This document shows, one piece after another, positions 1 through 9,666 of a stretch of 64,000 bases of DNA. The position numbers and the translations under genes are program-made. The notes under the pieces are model-generated. The model had not been told where the DNA came from. It saw only the letters and a program-made list of their open reading frames with translations, and ran no database searches. This DNA is from a virus (Duplodnaviria; Caudoviricetes): the IMG/VR virus record IMGVR_UViG_3300036546_000109, positions 1 to 64,000 of that record; one strand, written 5' to 3'. Numbering within the stretch: the stretch's first letter is position 1; each line of letters starts with the position of its first letter.

Positions 1-240
1 ATGGCCGTCGTAGTACCCCTGTTCGACCTTGTGAGCATCTTTGGGGAGATCAACAACTGCGTGCTTGGGAACCAAAACAGTCTCGCCACAATTGACGTAG
101 CGCCGACCGGGCAGCATGACGCCGCCCGGCGTGAGAACACGAACCCGCGATTTCTTGGGAGTCTCGCCAACCAACTCGACGGCGTAATAGCGGCGGCCTG
201 CCCAAGTATCAAGAACGAGAGACTTGATTTCTGCACTCAT
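1..240 (-). CDS. hypothetical protein, runs off the window start (MSAEIKSLVLDTWAGRRYYAVELVGETPKKSRV...)
   Basis: Manually translated; ATG at 240, open to base 1; noticeably more GC-rich than the neighbouring genes; not in the ORF track because it has no stop in the window. Confidence 0.65.
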   Translation of the reverse strand, partial: MSAEIKSLVLDTWAGRRYYAVELVGETPKKSRVRVLTPGGVMLPGRRYVNCGETVLVPKHAVVDLPKDAHKVEQGYYDGH

Positions 241-309
241 TGCCAACACCATTTTGCGATTTTTCATGGTGCAACTATACTCCGTCTTTCAGCAGAAAAC
301 AACACTATT

Positions 310-621
310 TTACGAATGTTTATACCTGTGCATCGGCAGGCAGCAGGGCGCTCTACAACCCACTTTTACGAATACCCTAAATGCCTCGTAAGATATTCGG
401 TGAACCATCTTATCTCGTATGTCTACTTTTATCTGACCATATCCGCAATTATGGCGTCGCCCAGTCCAAAGCCAACAGCCCATTGAGTTTTCAACACTAT
501 TCCGAAGTATGGCCTCAGCCTCACCGCCGCTACCAATGATCTTAGGTAGCCCAGTAGATGTATAAGCTAGCAATTTTAAAACTCCTATAGTCAAGTCACC
601 AGTTAGTCGCAACAGGGACAC
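310..621 (-). pseudogene. truncated HNH homing endonuclease
   Basis: CWLWTG..YGQI..VHRISYE is the N-terminal half of HNH_3-type phage endonucleases; the catalytic DHLC..N..H part is absent. Confidence 0.6.
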
Positions 622-729
622 GCAAGCCCTACTAAAAGGTAACTTGCTATAAGAGTCTCTATTGCGTGTTTTTATCGGCTGTTGCGCAGCCGTGATAAGT
701 ACAGAAAGTTTTCTGTCTTACTCGGGTTC

Positions 730-759
730 ATTATAGATCACATTATTGCTCATTGTCAA
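730..759 (-). promoter_or_regulatory. sigma70 promoter
   Basis: TTGACA-N18-TATAAT with AT-rich upstream DNA. Confidence 0.8.
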
Positions 760-778
760 GCATTATTTAACTTAAATG

Positions 779-958
779 TTAAAAATCTTCATAAAATGGC
801 AATATTTTCCTAAATTGTGTATCTTTTTGAGTTATCGACTCATGTCCGTATTCCCATACAAAATCTTTACGCAAATCAATATGCTCATCGGAGCAAGTAT
901 AGCAATTGCCTTCTTCGTCTTTTAAATCGCCACAAACGTGGCATACATCATCGCTCAT
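779..958 (-). CDS. small hypothetical protein, 59 aa, two CxxC pairs
   Basis: AAGGAGG RBS; MSDDVCHVCGDLKDEEGNCYTCSD...; below the ORF-track cutoff. Confidence 0.65.
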   Translation of the reverse strand: MSDDVCHVCGDLKDEEGNCYTCSDEHIDLRKDFVWEYGHESITQKDTQFRKILPFYEDF

Positions 959-1040
959 GGCGACCTCCTTCCTTTGTTTGGTTATGTGGGAGAGAATACC
1001 ATAGATTTTCTATTTGTCAAGAGTCTTTAATAGAATTTCT

Positions 1041-1292
1041 CTAATTATTTAAAGAATTATCTTTATACCCAATATAATCTATCACCCCTTTACCAAACTC
1101 TCGGCTACAACGCTTGATGGTATGTGGCTTTTCTCTACTTGTCCCACGCCCCAATACCTCATAACCCTCCAGAACATCCTCATCCACAACAAACAGATGT
1201 TCCGATGCAGGCGAATACCAAGTAAGAAGTTTCTCTGCCCACAAAAGCCCCTCCATCCACTCAGTCCGCTTGTATTTCTTTTTGAAAATCAT
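1041..1292 (-). CDS. hypothetical protein
   Basis: 83 aa ORF, GGAG RBS, operon context. Confidence 0.65.
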   Translation of the reverse strand: MIFKKKYKRTEWMEGLLWAEKLLTWYSPASEHLFVVDEDVLEGYEVLGRGTSREKPHTIKRCSREFGKGVIDYIGYKDNSLNN

Positions 1293-1374
1293 TTTATTTC
1301 TCCCATTTTACTGTTGAAACAGATTCTTTCTTCTCACCCTTCTTATCCACCCAATGTGCAATTGTCACAACAGC

Positions 1375-1518
1375 TCAATTTCCATTGCGATCAACAAATT
1401 CCTCAGAAGAGTAATGTGAGCATTTTGCACCATCCTTGCACCACGGAGGCAGTGTTGGTTTGAGGGTCTTCAAATATTTGTCAAACTCTTTGTCTGTCAT
1501 TTCTGAAATTGGTTTCAT
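1375..1518 (-). CDS. small hypothetical protein, 47 aa
   Basis: Manually translated MKPISEMTDKEF...; ATG overlaps the upstream TGA. Confidence 0.5.
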   Translation of the reverse strand: MKPISEMTDKEFDKYLKTLKPTLPPWCKDGAKCSHYSSEEFVDRNGN

Positions 1519-1688
1519 TCATCTATCTCCCATTCTTCTACAAAATATTGATAAGCGCTATCAAAGTCCAAATACTCATCAGACCCTTGAAGCTCAGTCC
1601 TCCAAGCAACCGCATCAGCGGCTTTAACAAACACCTTCGAGATTCTTGTGCCTCTTGGGCTTTGTTCCAGAACAATGTAGATTTTCAT
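1515..1688 (-). CDS. small hypothetical protein, 57 aa
   Basis: MKIYIVLEQ...; ATG abuts the stop of the upstream gene; GAGGAG RBS. Confidence 0.6.
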   Translation of the reverse strand: MKIYIVLEQSPRGTRISKVFVKAADAVAWRTELQGSDEYLDFDSAYQYFVEEWEIDE

Positions 1689-3050
1689 TTATTTCTCCTC
1701 AATGTAGCAGAACTTATCATTGCCCATCACTTCCTTATAGGCTTCTCTCATATACTGCATAACCCTCTCTTTGACTTCCTGCTTCACAATAACGCTATCA
1801 TGCTCTGGAAGCAAGGGTTCTTTTTCACAAATCAGTCGGTTAATCACATCGGCGATAATCTCACTGTCAAGATACTGGAGCTGCACACCTCTATCACTGA
1901 AGAAGTGGTGAGCTATTGGTTTATTGTGGGCTACAACAGCCTGACACACAGTGTGCCCCGGAAAGCGATCAGAGACATATAAACCAAAGAATTTAGAATC
2001 TTTCTCTTGATCTGTCCCCCACATCTCTTTGTCTCTAACCACCTCGCCAGTGACTTGCGTGAATGCACCACGATAGCTGTCTTCGTTCAAGCACACCATC
2101 AATGAGTGCTTACACAAATTCCTGATTGGATCATAAGTAGGCTTGTCATACTTCTCCCTGAAATAATTCACTTTACTCTGGTCAACTTCAAGGAACGGCA
2201 TCTTGGCACCATAAGGGTTGTATATCCCACCCCATTCATCTTCAATCCAAGAATCAATAACATCCGCATTAAATTCATATTCCTCTTCATACAAAAGAGA
2301 TGCGTGCATTGCTTTGAAGTCAAGCTCTGCTACAGGACTACCATCTAATTCCAATTTCTTTCTCTCATCGCTGTTCATAACCTGCACACCTCCGACAGTG
2401 TTGTAATGCCGACCACCAAAACCAATCTTATCCGAAAACACGCGCTTGTATTGCTGTGCTGAATAGACAAGGCTTCCTTTGGTAATCGTTGTGTTTTGCA
2501 AAATAGTGTTGAATGCTTCCATGTACGCACCAATCTTCTTGACGCCGGTATGCCCTCTCGTCGATTTTAGTGTTCCCGACGAACGATCTTTAATTTCCAC
2601 AAGCGGGAGTGGATCAACCTCATCTGACACATCTACACCAAAGAAAAGAGATAACCAAGCCTCTTTGAACATGCAAAGAGAGCCTACCATTACACCTTCT
2701 TTCCAGTCAGCAATACCGCCTATGAGTAGATCAACGTACCCACCAGTTTCAAGGATATCCAACAAAGCCACCATACGTTTATGAGAAATCTTCTGAGGAT
2801 TCCCTTTGTACGGGGCAAAGTCTCTAGGTACAGACAGACCAATGGCTCTGTACTTGATAGCACGAGCTGTGTTGGTGATTAGAGCAAGAATCTCTTTTCT
2901 GTAACCAAAGCCTATCTCATCCTCTAGCTTGGTAAGGATGTGCTTATACTTAGACCTCTGGTTGTAGTGGATATTGAAGTGAGTGGTAGTGGATTGTATT
3001 TCACTTCTTTCTCTCTTCTCTAATCTCCATAAATCTCTCTTCATCCACAC
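1689..3050 (-). CDS. family-A / T7-RNAP-like palm-domain protein (TV-Pol-like), paralogue 1
   Basis: GGRHY, ELDFKAMH (motif A Asp), RNLCK (motif B-like), LQYLDS, LPEHDS (motif C His-Asp); no exonuclease domain seen. Confidence 0.6.
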   Translation of the reverse strand: MWMKRDLWRLEKRERSEIQSTTTHFNIHYNQRSKYKHILTKLEDEIGFGYRKEILALITNTARAIKYRAIGLSVPRDFAPYKGNPQKISHKRMVALLDILETGGYVDLLIGGIADWKEGVMVGSLCMFKEAWLSLFFGVDVSDEVDPLPLVEIKDRSSGTLKSTRGHTGVKKIGAYMEAFNTILQNTTITKGSLVYSAQQYKRVFSDKIGFGGRHYNTVGGVQVMNSDERKKLELDGSPVAELDFKAMHASLLYEEEYEFNADVIDSWIEDEWGGIYNPYGAKMPFLEVDQSKVNYFREKYDKPTYDPIRNLCKHSLMVCLNEDSYRGAFTQVTGEVVRDKEMWGTDQEKDSKFFGLYVSDRFPGHTVCQAVVAHNKPIAHHFFSDRGVQLQYLDSEIIADVINRLICEKEPLLPEHDSVIVKQEVKERVMQYMREAYKEVMGNDKFCYIEEK

Positions 3051-3157
3051 CTCATTACAAGATAGTCAACCATAATACCCCTCTAAGCCCCGTGGCACTA
3101 AGGCTGGAGCGTTTTCATTCTCAAATGTTAAGAGCTGTTCTTTGCTCTGGTCTACCA

Positions 3158-3187
3158 ATAGTAACCCCACATCTCCCATCCTGTCAA
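3158..3187 (-). promoter_or_regulatory. sigma70-like promoter for the polymerase-palm gene
   Basis: TTGACA-N18-TACTAT. Confidence 0.6.
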
Positions 3188-3222
3188 CACACAAAACAAA
3201 TAAATTTTCTTGAAGAAATTGC

Positions 3223-3252
3223 TTGACGTGCAGGAGCAAAGGGATGTATTCT
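3223..3252 (+). promoter_or_regulatory. sigma70-like promoter, divergent from the previous one
   Basis: TTGACG-N18-TATTCT. Confidence 0.55.
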
Positions 3253-3285
3253 TCTCCTAGATGTTCAATAAAGAGGAGAGATGGA

Positions 3286-3471
3286 ATGAAAGATTACGGA
3301 CTACCCAAAGCAATTCCTCCTGTAGAGGTTAAGTGCTTTGCTGATGTGTTTGAGAATATGATTCGTGAGTTCGGTGTTGTAAACGCTTGTGAATGGTTTG
3401 GTCACCAATCAGACAGTGAATTTACGAAAGAGACAATTGCAGTCCTTCTGGAGAGGAGTGGGTTGAAATGA
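3286..3471 (+). CDS. hypothetical protein
   Basis: GAGGAG RBS before ATG 3286 (start adjusted from the ORF track). Confidence 0.6.
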   Translation: MKDYGLPKAIPPVEVKCFADVFENMIREFGVVNACEWFGHQSDSEFTKETIAVLLERSGLK

Positions 3472-3623
3472 AAGAACACCTTACAGAGGGTGGATGGGAG
3501 TGGTATCTGAGGCAGCTAAAAGAAAAGCTTGAACGTCCCTTGACGCAGAAAGAATACTCAGACATAATGAGGCTCTACATCGTTGGAACACCTGTTGATA
3601 AGACATTGGAGAAATTGAAATGA
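3468..3623 (+). CDS. small hypothetical protein, 51 aa
   Basis: ATGA overlaps at both ends; manually translated. Confidence 0.55.
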   Translation: MKEHLTEGGWEWYLRQLKEKLERPLTQKEYSDIMRLYIVGTPVDKTLEKLK

Positions 3624-4057
3624 CAATTGAAACACTGAATGAAATTAAAGCTGATGCTACAGCTCTACGCGCTGGCCTGCTTGATATGGCGGATAAGGTT
3701 AGTCTGGTTGAGGCGGAAGGGGTGGTGGTGCCAGCAGATGTGGATGTTGCTCTAGATGCAATTCTTGTTAATCTGGGTACTGTCCTCAGTTGGGTCGAGC
3801 AAGCTCTGCAAGCAATTACAGACGGAACGGAGGAACCAACTATTACTGCAATGCAAGCGTTTCTGAATGAGCTTAAGGCTGTCTTTGATAAATACTCTGC
3901 TGTATTTGAACGAATTGATGGTAGTGCTTACGGAACCAGCTACGGTGGTGCAGATTTCTTCCGTGTCACTGTAACAGACCCTGTTTCTGGAGATGTAGAG
4001 ACAAAAGATATTGTTCCTGCTGTAGCTGATACAATTACTTCAGCAGATTTGGTGTAA
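3620..4057 (+). CDS. hypothetical protein
   Basis: 145 aa ORF, GGAG RBS. Confidence 0.7.
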   Translation: MTIETLNEIKADATALRAGLLDMADKVSLVEAEGVVVPADVDVALDAILVNLGTVLSWVEQALQAITDGTEEPTITAMQAFLNELKAVFDKYSAVFERIDGSAYGTSYGGADFFRVTVTDPVSGDVETKDIVPAVADTITSADLV

Positions 4058-4161
4058 TTAGACATCAACGTGACATCTTTAGTGGGAAAAATGAGGGGTT
4101 AAATCAACGATCCCTCTTAACTCTCTAAGTTGTGCGTCTAAACAGAAAAGGAGACAAATGA

Positions 4162-4509
4162 ATGCTTAAAAACATTACTAAAGAAGAACGAGCTTTAATG
4201 CTTGAGAAGGCCAAAGCTAAGCGTGAAGAGAAAAAGAAAGCTGGTGAATCCCTTCGTCAGAATTATGCAGATGAGAATTACCACCGCGCATTGGCCTCAG
4301 AGCTTGGTGTACGTATGCCAGCCAGTTATATTCCTAACACTGAGACTAAATACTTGAAGCGAGCAGCTAAGCATTTTGGGGTGGATATCAAGGAATATTT
4401 GGAAGATTGTGGTGTCAAAACGTTGAAACAGCTTGTAGCCATGAATCCCGATATGAATATGGTGTGTGAGCTTGGCCTCTTTCTTGAATATGTAAAGGAG
4501 AAGAAATGA
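4162..4509 (+). CDS. hypothetical protein
   Basis: 115 aa, AAGGAG RBS. Confidence 0.7.
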   Translation: MLKNITKEERALMLEKAKAKREEKKKAGESLRQNYADENYHRALASELGVRMPASYIPNTETKYLKRAAKHFGVDIKEYLEDCGVKTLKQLVAMNPDMNMVCELGLFLEYVKEKK

Positions 4510-4611
4510 CAAAAGAGGAAAAGCTTGCAATTGTAGTTGAAGCCGTCTTGAAGCTATACGGACATATTGAAATACGAACGCGGCGCGATGATGAGCTTAT
4601 AAAGCTTCTTT

Positions 4612-4869
4612 ATGAAATTAAGAGAGGAGATGAGAAGAGTGAATCAAATCCAGATTGACTTCATCAAAGAGCTTGACCCAGAATCCCAGTCTGGTACGAT
4701 TCAGAGCATCCTTCTGCGTGATGATTTAAACATGTGCAACTACACAAAAACCTTGGAGCACTTGTTGCAAGTTACGATTGGGGAGCGTAAAATGCTAATC
4801 GAAGAGAATATGAAGCTTAGCAAAATTCTCAAAGATAGGAATTTGTATCATTTGATTTTGGAGGAATGA
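4612..4869 (+). CDS. hypothetical protein
   Basis: ORF in a tightly packed operon; true start may be slightly downstream. Confidence 0.55.
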   Translation: MKLREEMRRVNQIQIDFIKELDPESQSGTIQSILLRDDLNMCNYTKTLEHLLQVTIGERKMLIEENMKLSKILKDRNLYHLILEE

Positions 4870-5066
4870 AATTGAGCAATAAAAACATTTATAAAGAATC
4901 ACACTTTGTTGACTTTTACAAAAATCTAGAGAATTATGCTTATCTGCAAGGACTAGATTTCTCTGATGTGTCACGTATGCGTAGCGAAGTGATGATTGCT
5001 TTTATGGCGGGGCTTGGTGTAGAAGAAACATTCGATGCTGTTTTTCATGCAGAAGGGGAGCTTTAA
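4866..5066 (+). CDS. hypothetical protein
   Basis: ATGA overlap, GGAGG RBS. Confidence 0.6.
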   Translation: MKLSNKNIYKESHFVDFYKNLENYAYLQGLDFSDVSRMRSEVMIAFMAGLGVEETFDAVFHAEGEL

Positions 5067-5068
5067 TT

Positions 5069-5863
5069 ATGGGCGGTCGTACAGTTGAGGTCTGTGTGGA
5101 CGGGGAAACTATCGTTATCCCACGAAAGAAAACTCGTAGCACGCGCAATGGTGGTGTTCGTCAGGAAGTTAAGGAGAAATTTAAGGAGGAGCGAGAAGCA
5201 CGAATTATTCCAGTTGTAGCAAAGAACGAAAACCAGAAAAAGTATCTACACAGCTTGCAGTTTGACACAGTATCTGTAGGCAAGGGTAGTGCTGGGACAG
5301 GCAAGAGCTTCTGTGCCGCAGCAGTTGCTGCAAACAAATACCTGAAAGGGGAGATTAGTCAGATTATTGTCACACGTGCATACGTTCCGATGGGTAAAAC
5401 GACAGGATTTTGGCCTGGGTCGGTTGAGGATAAAATGCTGCCATTCCTGATGCCAATTCTGAGCACTATTAAAGAGCGACTAGGTGCTGGTCGGTATGAA
5501 GCAGAGTTCGGTAAGACTATTAAAATTCAACCGTTGGAAGCAATTCGTGGGATGAGTTTCCCCGCAGGAACTTTTCTGATTTGTGACGAAAGCCAAAACC
5601 TAACTGTTGAGGAAGTTCGATCAATTGTTACGCGCTTTGAGCCAGGGGCACAGGTGGCGTTTTGTGGTGATGATAAGCAACGTGATGTCAAGGGTGTTTC
5701 TGGGATTGTGTATCTGACCAACTTGATTAAAAAATACAAGCTACCTGACTGCTCTGTAGTAGAATTTTCATCTGAAGATATTGTTCGTTCAGGACTAACT
5801 AAAGCGTTTGTTGAAATCTTTGAAAAAGAGGGCAGTTCTGAAAATGTAAAGGAGGAAGCATGA
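5069..5863 (+). CDS. phoH: PhoH-family ATPase
   Basis: GSAGTGKS Walker A, LEAIRGMSF, LICDESQN, GDDKQRD, IVRSGL motifs. Confidence 0.92.
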   Translation: MGGRTVEVCVDGETIVIPRKKTRSTRNGGVRQEVKEKFKEEREARIIPVVAKNENQKKYLHSLQFDTVSVGKGSAGTGKSFCAAAVAANKYLKGEISQIIVTRAYVPMGKTTGFWPGSVEDKMLPFLMPILSTIKERLGAGRYEAEFGKTIKIQPLEAIRGMSFPAGTFLICDESQNLTVEEVRSIVTRFEPGAQVAFCGDDKQRDVKGVSGIVYLTNLIKKYKLPDCSVVEFSSEDIVRSGLTKAFVEIFEKEGSSENVKEEA

Positions 5864-6627
5864 ACGAAGATTTTAAAATGATGCCACTTGTGCAACCAAA
5901 GCGGGTGCTGACCAGGACTTTCCAGAACACCGAATATAAAATTCGTCTCGCTCGACCTATCACGGAGATTGATGACTTCGAGGAAGAGATTATGGTGTTT
6001 GAGGAAGCTTCTGAAGGGGATTTGGTTTCAATCCAGCTATCGAGTCCAGGTGGTTCCCTTGAGACGTGTGACTTCATCTGCCGACGAATGCTGGAATGCC
6101 AAGCGCCAATTGTTGTGGAGATTGGAATTACTTGCGCTTCGGCTGCATCCGCTATCTGTCTTCATGCCGATGAGTGGGTGATCCACGACAGCAGTACGAT
6201 GATGATCCACGCATGTTCGTACTCTCCTGGGTGGGGTAAAGAGGTTGATGTGTTTGCTTCTGCAACTTACACTAACCGCATCAATCGAGAGTGGTTGGAA
6301 CGGACTTATAAAGGGTTCCTTAGTGATAGCGAGATGCAATCGGTGTTGGACGGAAAGGATTTGTACTTCTACGCAGATGACCTGCGTGAACGCCTCCCAA
6401 AATACAAGGAATATCGTGAACAGCAGATGATGGGTATGTGTGAATGTGGTGATTGTGAAAAACAAGAACCACCACCATCCATTGAAGACATGATGTTCGA
6501 AGCTGCCAAGAAAGCTCTCGCTGCTCACGAAGCAGAGAAAGCTAAGAAGGAAGCTAAGGCCCGGAAAGCTGCTGAACGTAAACCGAAGGACACACCTTCC
6601 GAACAAAAACCGGAAGATGTTTCATAA
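5860..6627 (+). CDS. ClpP-like protease subunit
   Basis: LSSPGGSL, CASAASAI, MMIH motifs; charged C-terminal tail. Confidence 0.8.
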   Translation: MNEDFKMMPLVQPKRVLTRTFQNTEYKIRLARPITEIDDFEEEIMVFEEASEGDLVSIQLSSPGGSLETCDFICRRMLECQAPIVVEIGITCASAASAICLHADEWVIHDSSTMMIHACSYSPGWGKEVDVFASATYTNRINREWLERTYKGFLSDSEMQSVLDGKDLYFYADDLRERLPKYKEYREQQMMGMCECGDCEKQEPPPSIEDMMFEAAKKALAAHEAEKAKKEAKARKAAERKPKDTPSEQKPEDVS

Positions 6628-6634
6628 AATATCG

Positions 6635-6669
6635 TTGACACAGGGGCTAGCCTGATTTATCCTAGCCCC
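6635..6669 (+). promoter_or_regulatory. sigma70-like promoter overlapped by an inverted repeat
   Basis: TTGACA-N17-TATCCT; GGGGCTAG (6643-6650) / CTAGCCCC (6662-6669). Confidence 0.6.
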
Positions 6670-6695
6670 ATCAACACAGACAAGGAGATTCACAA

Positions 6696-7084
6696 ATGGC
6701 TAAACAAGAGTTTTCACCAGAATTTGAACTATTCGTAGCTTCCTACTATGCAAACAAAGTGGAATCGTGTAAGAAACGAGGAATTGATTTCAAGCTGAAT
6801 CTTGTTTCCGTTCGGAATCTCCTCCGCACTCGTAAATGCCCTTACACCGGTGTGGAGCTAACCGTCCCTCGTATGGGAAAGCCGGGCTGAGTACAGATAT
6901 TACCATTGATCGGATTGATAACACAAAACCATATGTGAAAGGTAATGTGATGGCTGTATCAAAGAAGATGAACAATTTGAAGAGCATTTTTGAGAATCCT
7001 GAGTATGGTATGGACTTTGAACAAGCTGCTAAAGTGATGAGTAAGATTAGTAAACGTGTTAAGAAAGTGAAGGAGAATAATTGA
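6696..7084 (+). pseudogene. HNH-like endonuclease split by a -1 frameshift
   Basis: Frame 1 KKRGIDFKL..CPYTG joins the -1 frame TIDRIDNTKPYVKGNVMAVS near 6875-6890. Confidence 0.7.
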
Positions 7085-7536
7085 TGGCAATCCGTAAAGT
7101 AAAAGGAAAGTGGGAAGTTGGGTATAAGGATACTTATTCTCTGAGCCATTCACTCAGCCCAATCATCTTCGCAGGACTAAAGAAGTTCCACGATGTTCTG
7201 GTTGAACGTAATCAGAGCGGAAAAACTATGGGTATTCCTCATGGTTATATGAAAGATGAAGACCAGTGGGTAACGGATTCAGATGTTCAAGGCTGGCTAG
7301 ATGATGTCAAGAAAATGATGTATGCGTTCGACCAAGATTCGGAGCCTAATATCAAAGATTACAATTTCAGCTACCCAAACGCTTTCAAAGATCGGGAAGA
7401 AGGATCGTCTGTAGATTTGACCTGTTCCAACCCAGCTGAGCAAGAGAGGTATCATAAAGATATGAAGGAGTGGCAGGAAAAGGTGGAAGAGGGTCTGAAG
7501 CTCTTCGGAGAAAAATATCAAGATTTGTGGTGGTAG
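7081..7536 (+). CDS. hypothetical protein
   Basis: 151 aa ORF ending QDLWW. Confidence 0.7.
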   Translation: MMAIRKVKGKWEVGYKDTYSLSHSLSPIIFAGLKKFHDVLVERNQSGKTMGIPHGYMKDEDQWVTDSDVQGWLDDVKKMMYAFDQDSEPNIKDYNFSYPNAFKDREEGSSVDLTCSNPAEQERYHKDMKEWQEKVEEGLKLFGEKYQDLWW

Positions 7537-7537
7537 T

Positions 7538-7816
7538 GTGGCTTGGTTTGTATTTGAATCTGAAGAAGTTATAATGGGGCCGTATCTGACCCGTAAAGAA
7601 GCAGAGCGTGATTTAGACATACAAATGACGGAGTGCTATTTGGGTGAAGATTACCCATCACCATACATTGATTTTGTAGAGCACGAAGATGATTGGTTTA
7701 ATTGGGAAGAGATGGACTTTACTGAGAACAGACTGTATTATGAAAGCGGTGTGAGGGGCTTAGATAATCTGCCCTTCAAACAAAGAATTAAGAAAAAATT
7801 TAAGGCTGTTGAGTAG
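7538..7816 (+). CDS. acidic hypothetical protein
   Basis: 92 aa ORF, operon packing. Confidence 0.6.
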   Translation: MAWFVFESEEVIMGPYLTRKEAERDLDIQMTECYLGEDYPSPYIDFVEHEDDWFNWEEMDFTENRLYYESGVRGLDNLPFKQRIKKKFKAVE

Positions 7817-7828
7817 GAGATTGGAGAA

Positions 7829-8047
7829 ATGAATCGCTACGCTCTTGTATACGGTCCAAGTGGTCAAAATATCTATCTACCTGTAGAATGTGATATGGAG
7901 CCAAGCTTCTGCGAGAATCCCTTTTGTGACAGCCCGTGTAATTGCGGCTACACATTCGATGAAGCAAAGGATGCGGTGATTCGTTATTACGAAGAAAAGA
8001 TTGAGCGCCTGAAAACATTGTCTGAGGAAGAATGGGAGAACATTTGA
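7829..8047 (+). CDS. hypothetical protein, Cys-rich
   Basis: GGAG RBS, 72 aa. Confidence 0.6.
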   Translation: MNRYALVYGPSGQNIYLPVECDMEPSFCENPFCDSPCNCGYTFDEAKDAVIRYYEEKIERLKTLSEEEWENI

Positions 8048-8048
8048 A

Positions 8049-8342
8049 ATGACAAGCATTAAGAAAGGACTTATCTGCAACCTAAGCCCACACAAATTCA
8101 ACCGCCTGAAAGAACGTGATGATGCTGTAATTGGACAAGCTTATTACACACCAAAAGGAGTGTTCCAATACAAATCAGAAGTGGCTCTTGAGTCTTTCTA
8201 CATCTGTCCATTTCTTTATATGAAGATTAAATGTAAGAAGCAACCAGAGAATCGTCTCAAAACTGTTTGCATTCGTGTAGACAGGTCTACAGGCTATGAC
8301 AATCTCTTCACTTGCTTTGTTGAAGACAACACTGTTCTGTAA
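8049..8342 (+). CDS. hypothetical protein
   Basis: 97 aa ORF. Confidence 0.55.
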   Translation: MTSIKKGLICNLSPHKFNRLKERDDAVIGQAYYTPKGVFQYKSEVALESFYICPFLYMKIKCKKQPENRLKTVCIRVDRSTGYDNLFTCFVEDNTVL

Positions 8343-8356
8343 TAAGGAGTCGAAGT

Positions 8357-8641
8357 ATGACTAAAAAAGAAGTAAGAGTCACGGTAGTATCCTTTGAAGA
8401 ATTTTCTGATTACGAGTTTAATCCACCAGCCACCTTCTACATTATGGATAGCCTACAGCAATATTATTTTGTTCACACATCTGACAGAAAGGTTGCACAG
8501 GATTGGGTTGATGAGACATTCGGTAAAGGGCGGTACACAGTGAAGGCTTCTAAGATTCAGAAAACAAAATTTAAGAGTGAATCAGGCACCTACTCGGCGG
8601 TCGGGGTTGCTACCCGAAAAGGCCAGAAGAAATATAACTGA
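8357..8641 (+). CDS. hypothetical protein
   Basis: TAAGGAG RBS, 94 aa. Confidence 0.65.
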   Translation: MTKKEVRVTVVSFEEFSDYEFNPPATFYIMDSLQQYYFVHTSDRKVAQDWVDETFGKGRYTVKASKIQKTKFKSESGTYSAVGVATRKGQKKYN

Positions 8642-8652
8642 GGAGGTAAATA

Positions 8653-9375
8653 ATGAAATACATGGGATCAAAAGCGCGTCACGCAAAAGAGCTTCTTCCA
8701 ATTATCTTGAAAGATCACACTCCTGATATGTGGTATGTAGAACCCTTTGTTGGTGGTGCTAATATGATTGATAAAGTGGACCCCAAGGTAGCACCTAAAC
8801 GTCTTGGTTGTGATTTCAATGAATACCTTATTGAAATGTGGATTTCTGCACAACTCGGGGAGCTGACTTATGATTATGTTACACCGGAACTGTATAAACA
8901 GGTGCGTGAAAATAAAGAAAATTATCCTAAAGGCTTTGTAGGATGGGTTGCTCACTGCTGCTCATACAATGGGAAGTGGTTTGGTGGTTTTGCTGGCAAG
9001 TTGGTTACAAAAGAGGGTAACGAACGAAACTATCAGACGGAAGCTGCCAATGCTGTCAAGAAACAGGTTGCGGTTATGCGGGATGTTATCTTCAAACATA
9101 AATCTGTATTTGACCTGACTTTTCCAAAGCCTTGCACTATTTACTGTGATCCGCCCTACGCAGGCACTACAAAATACAAAGATGACTTTAACCATGAAAG
9201 ATTCTATGATTGGTGTGTAGATCGTCACAAAGAAGGTCACAATGTATTTGTTTCGGAATATTGGATGCCAGAAGATGGTTTTGAGTGCATCTGGTCAAAA
9301 GAGGTTAACAACTCATTGACTAAAGATACTGGCAGTAAGAAAGGTGTTGAGAAGTTGTTTATCCCGAGGGCTTAA
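8653..9375 (+). CDS. Dam/D12-class N6-adenine DNA methyltransferase
   Basis: KYMGSK, EPFVGGA (motif I), YCDPPY (motif IV), VFVSEY. Confidence 0.88.
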   Translation: MKYMGSKARHAKELLPIILKDHTPDMWYVEPFVGGANMIDKVDPKVAPKRLGCDFNEYLIEMWISAQLGELTYDYVTPELYKQVRENKENYPKGFVGWVAHCCSYNGKWFGGFAGKLVTKEGNERNYQTEAANAVKKQVAVMRDVIFKHKSVFDLTFPKPCTIYCDPPYAGTTKYKDDFNHERFYDWCVDRHKEGHNVFVSEYWMPEDGFECIWSKEVNNSLTKDTGSKKGVEKLFIPRA

Positions 9376-9378
9376 ATA

Positions 9379-9657
9379 ATGAACTACATTTACGACTACC
9401 AAGAAATTGTTCGTGTAGATGGGATTGATGGTCTTTACATTGTTTCTTCTCGTAAGACAAAATCTCTTCCATCTGGCGTAGTAACACGTTATTATTCTCT
9501 TACTGGGGCTGTTACAGGAAAGCCGCTTATTAACACAGGAGGGATTTGGTGGCCTTCTTCAAGTCTTAGGAAGAATTACAGTGAGAGCTATATGACATTC
9601 CATGAGCTTATGGATGTATTGAAGAATGATGTTATTCAACAGGATGATTTTGAATAG
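9379..9657 (+). CDS. hypothetical protein
   Basis: 92 aa ORF. Confidence 0.6.
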   Translation: MNYIYDYQEIVRVDGIDGLYIVSSRKTKSLPSGVVTRYYSLTGAVTGKPLINTGGIWWPSSSLRKNYSESYMTFHELMDVLKNDVIQQDDFE

Positions 9658-9666
9658 GAGAAAACA

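Noticed and set aside
1-486. 161-aa plus-strand ORF from base 1
   Set aside because: Antisense to a more protein-like minus-strand ORF (1-240) and to the HNH remnant.
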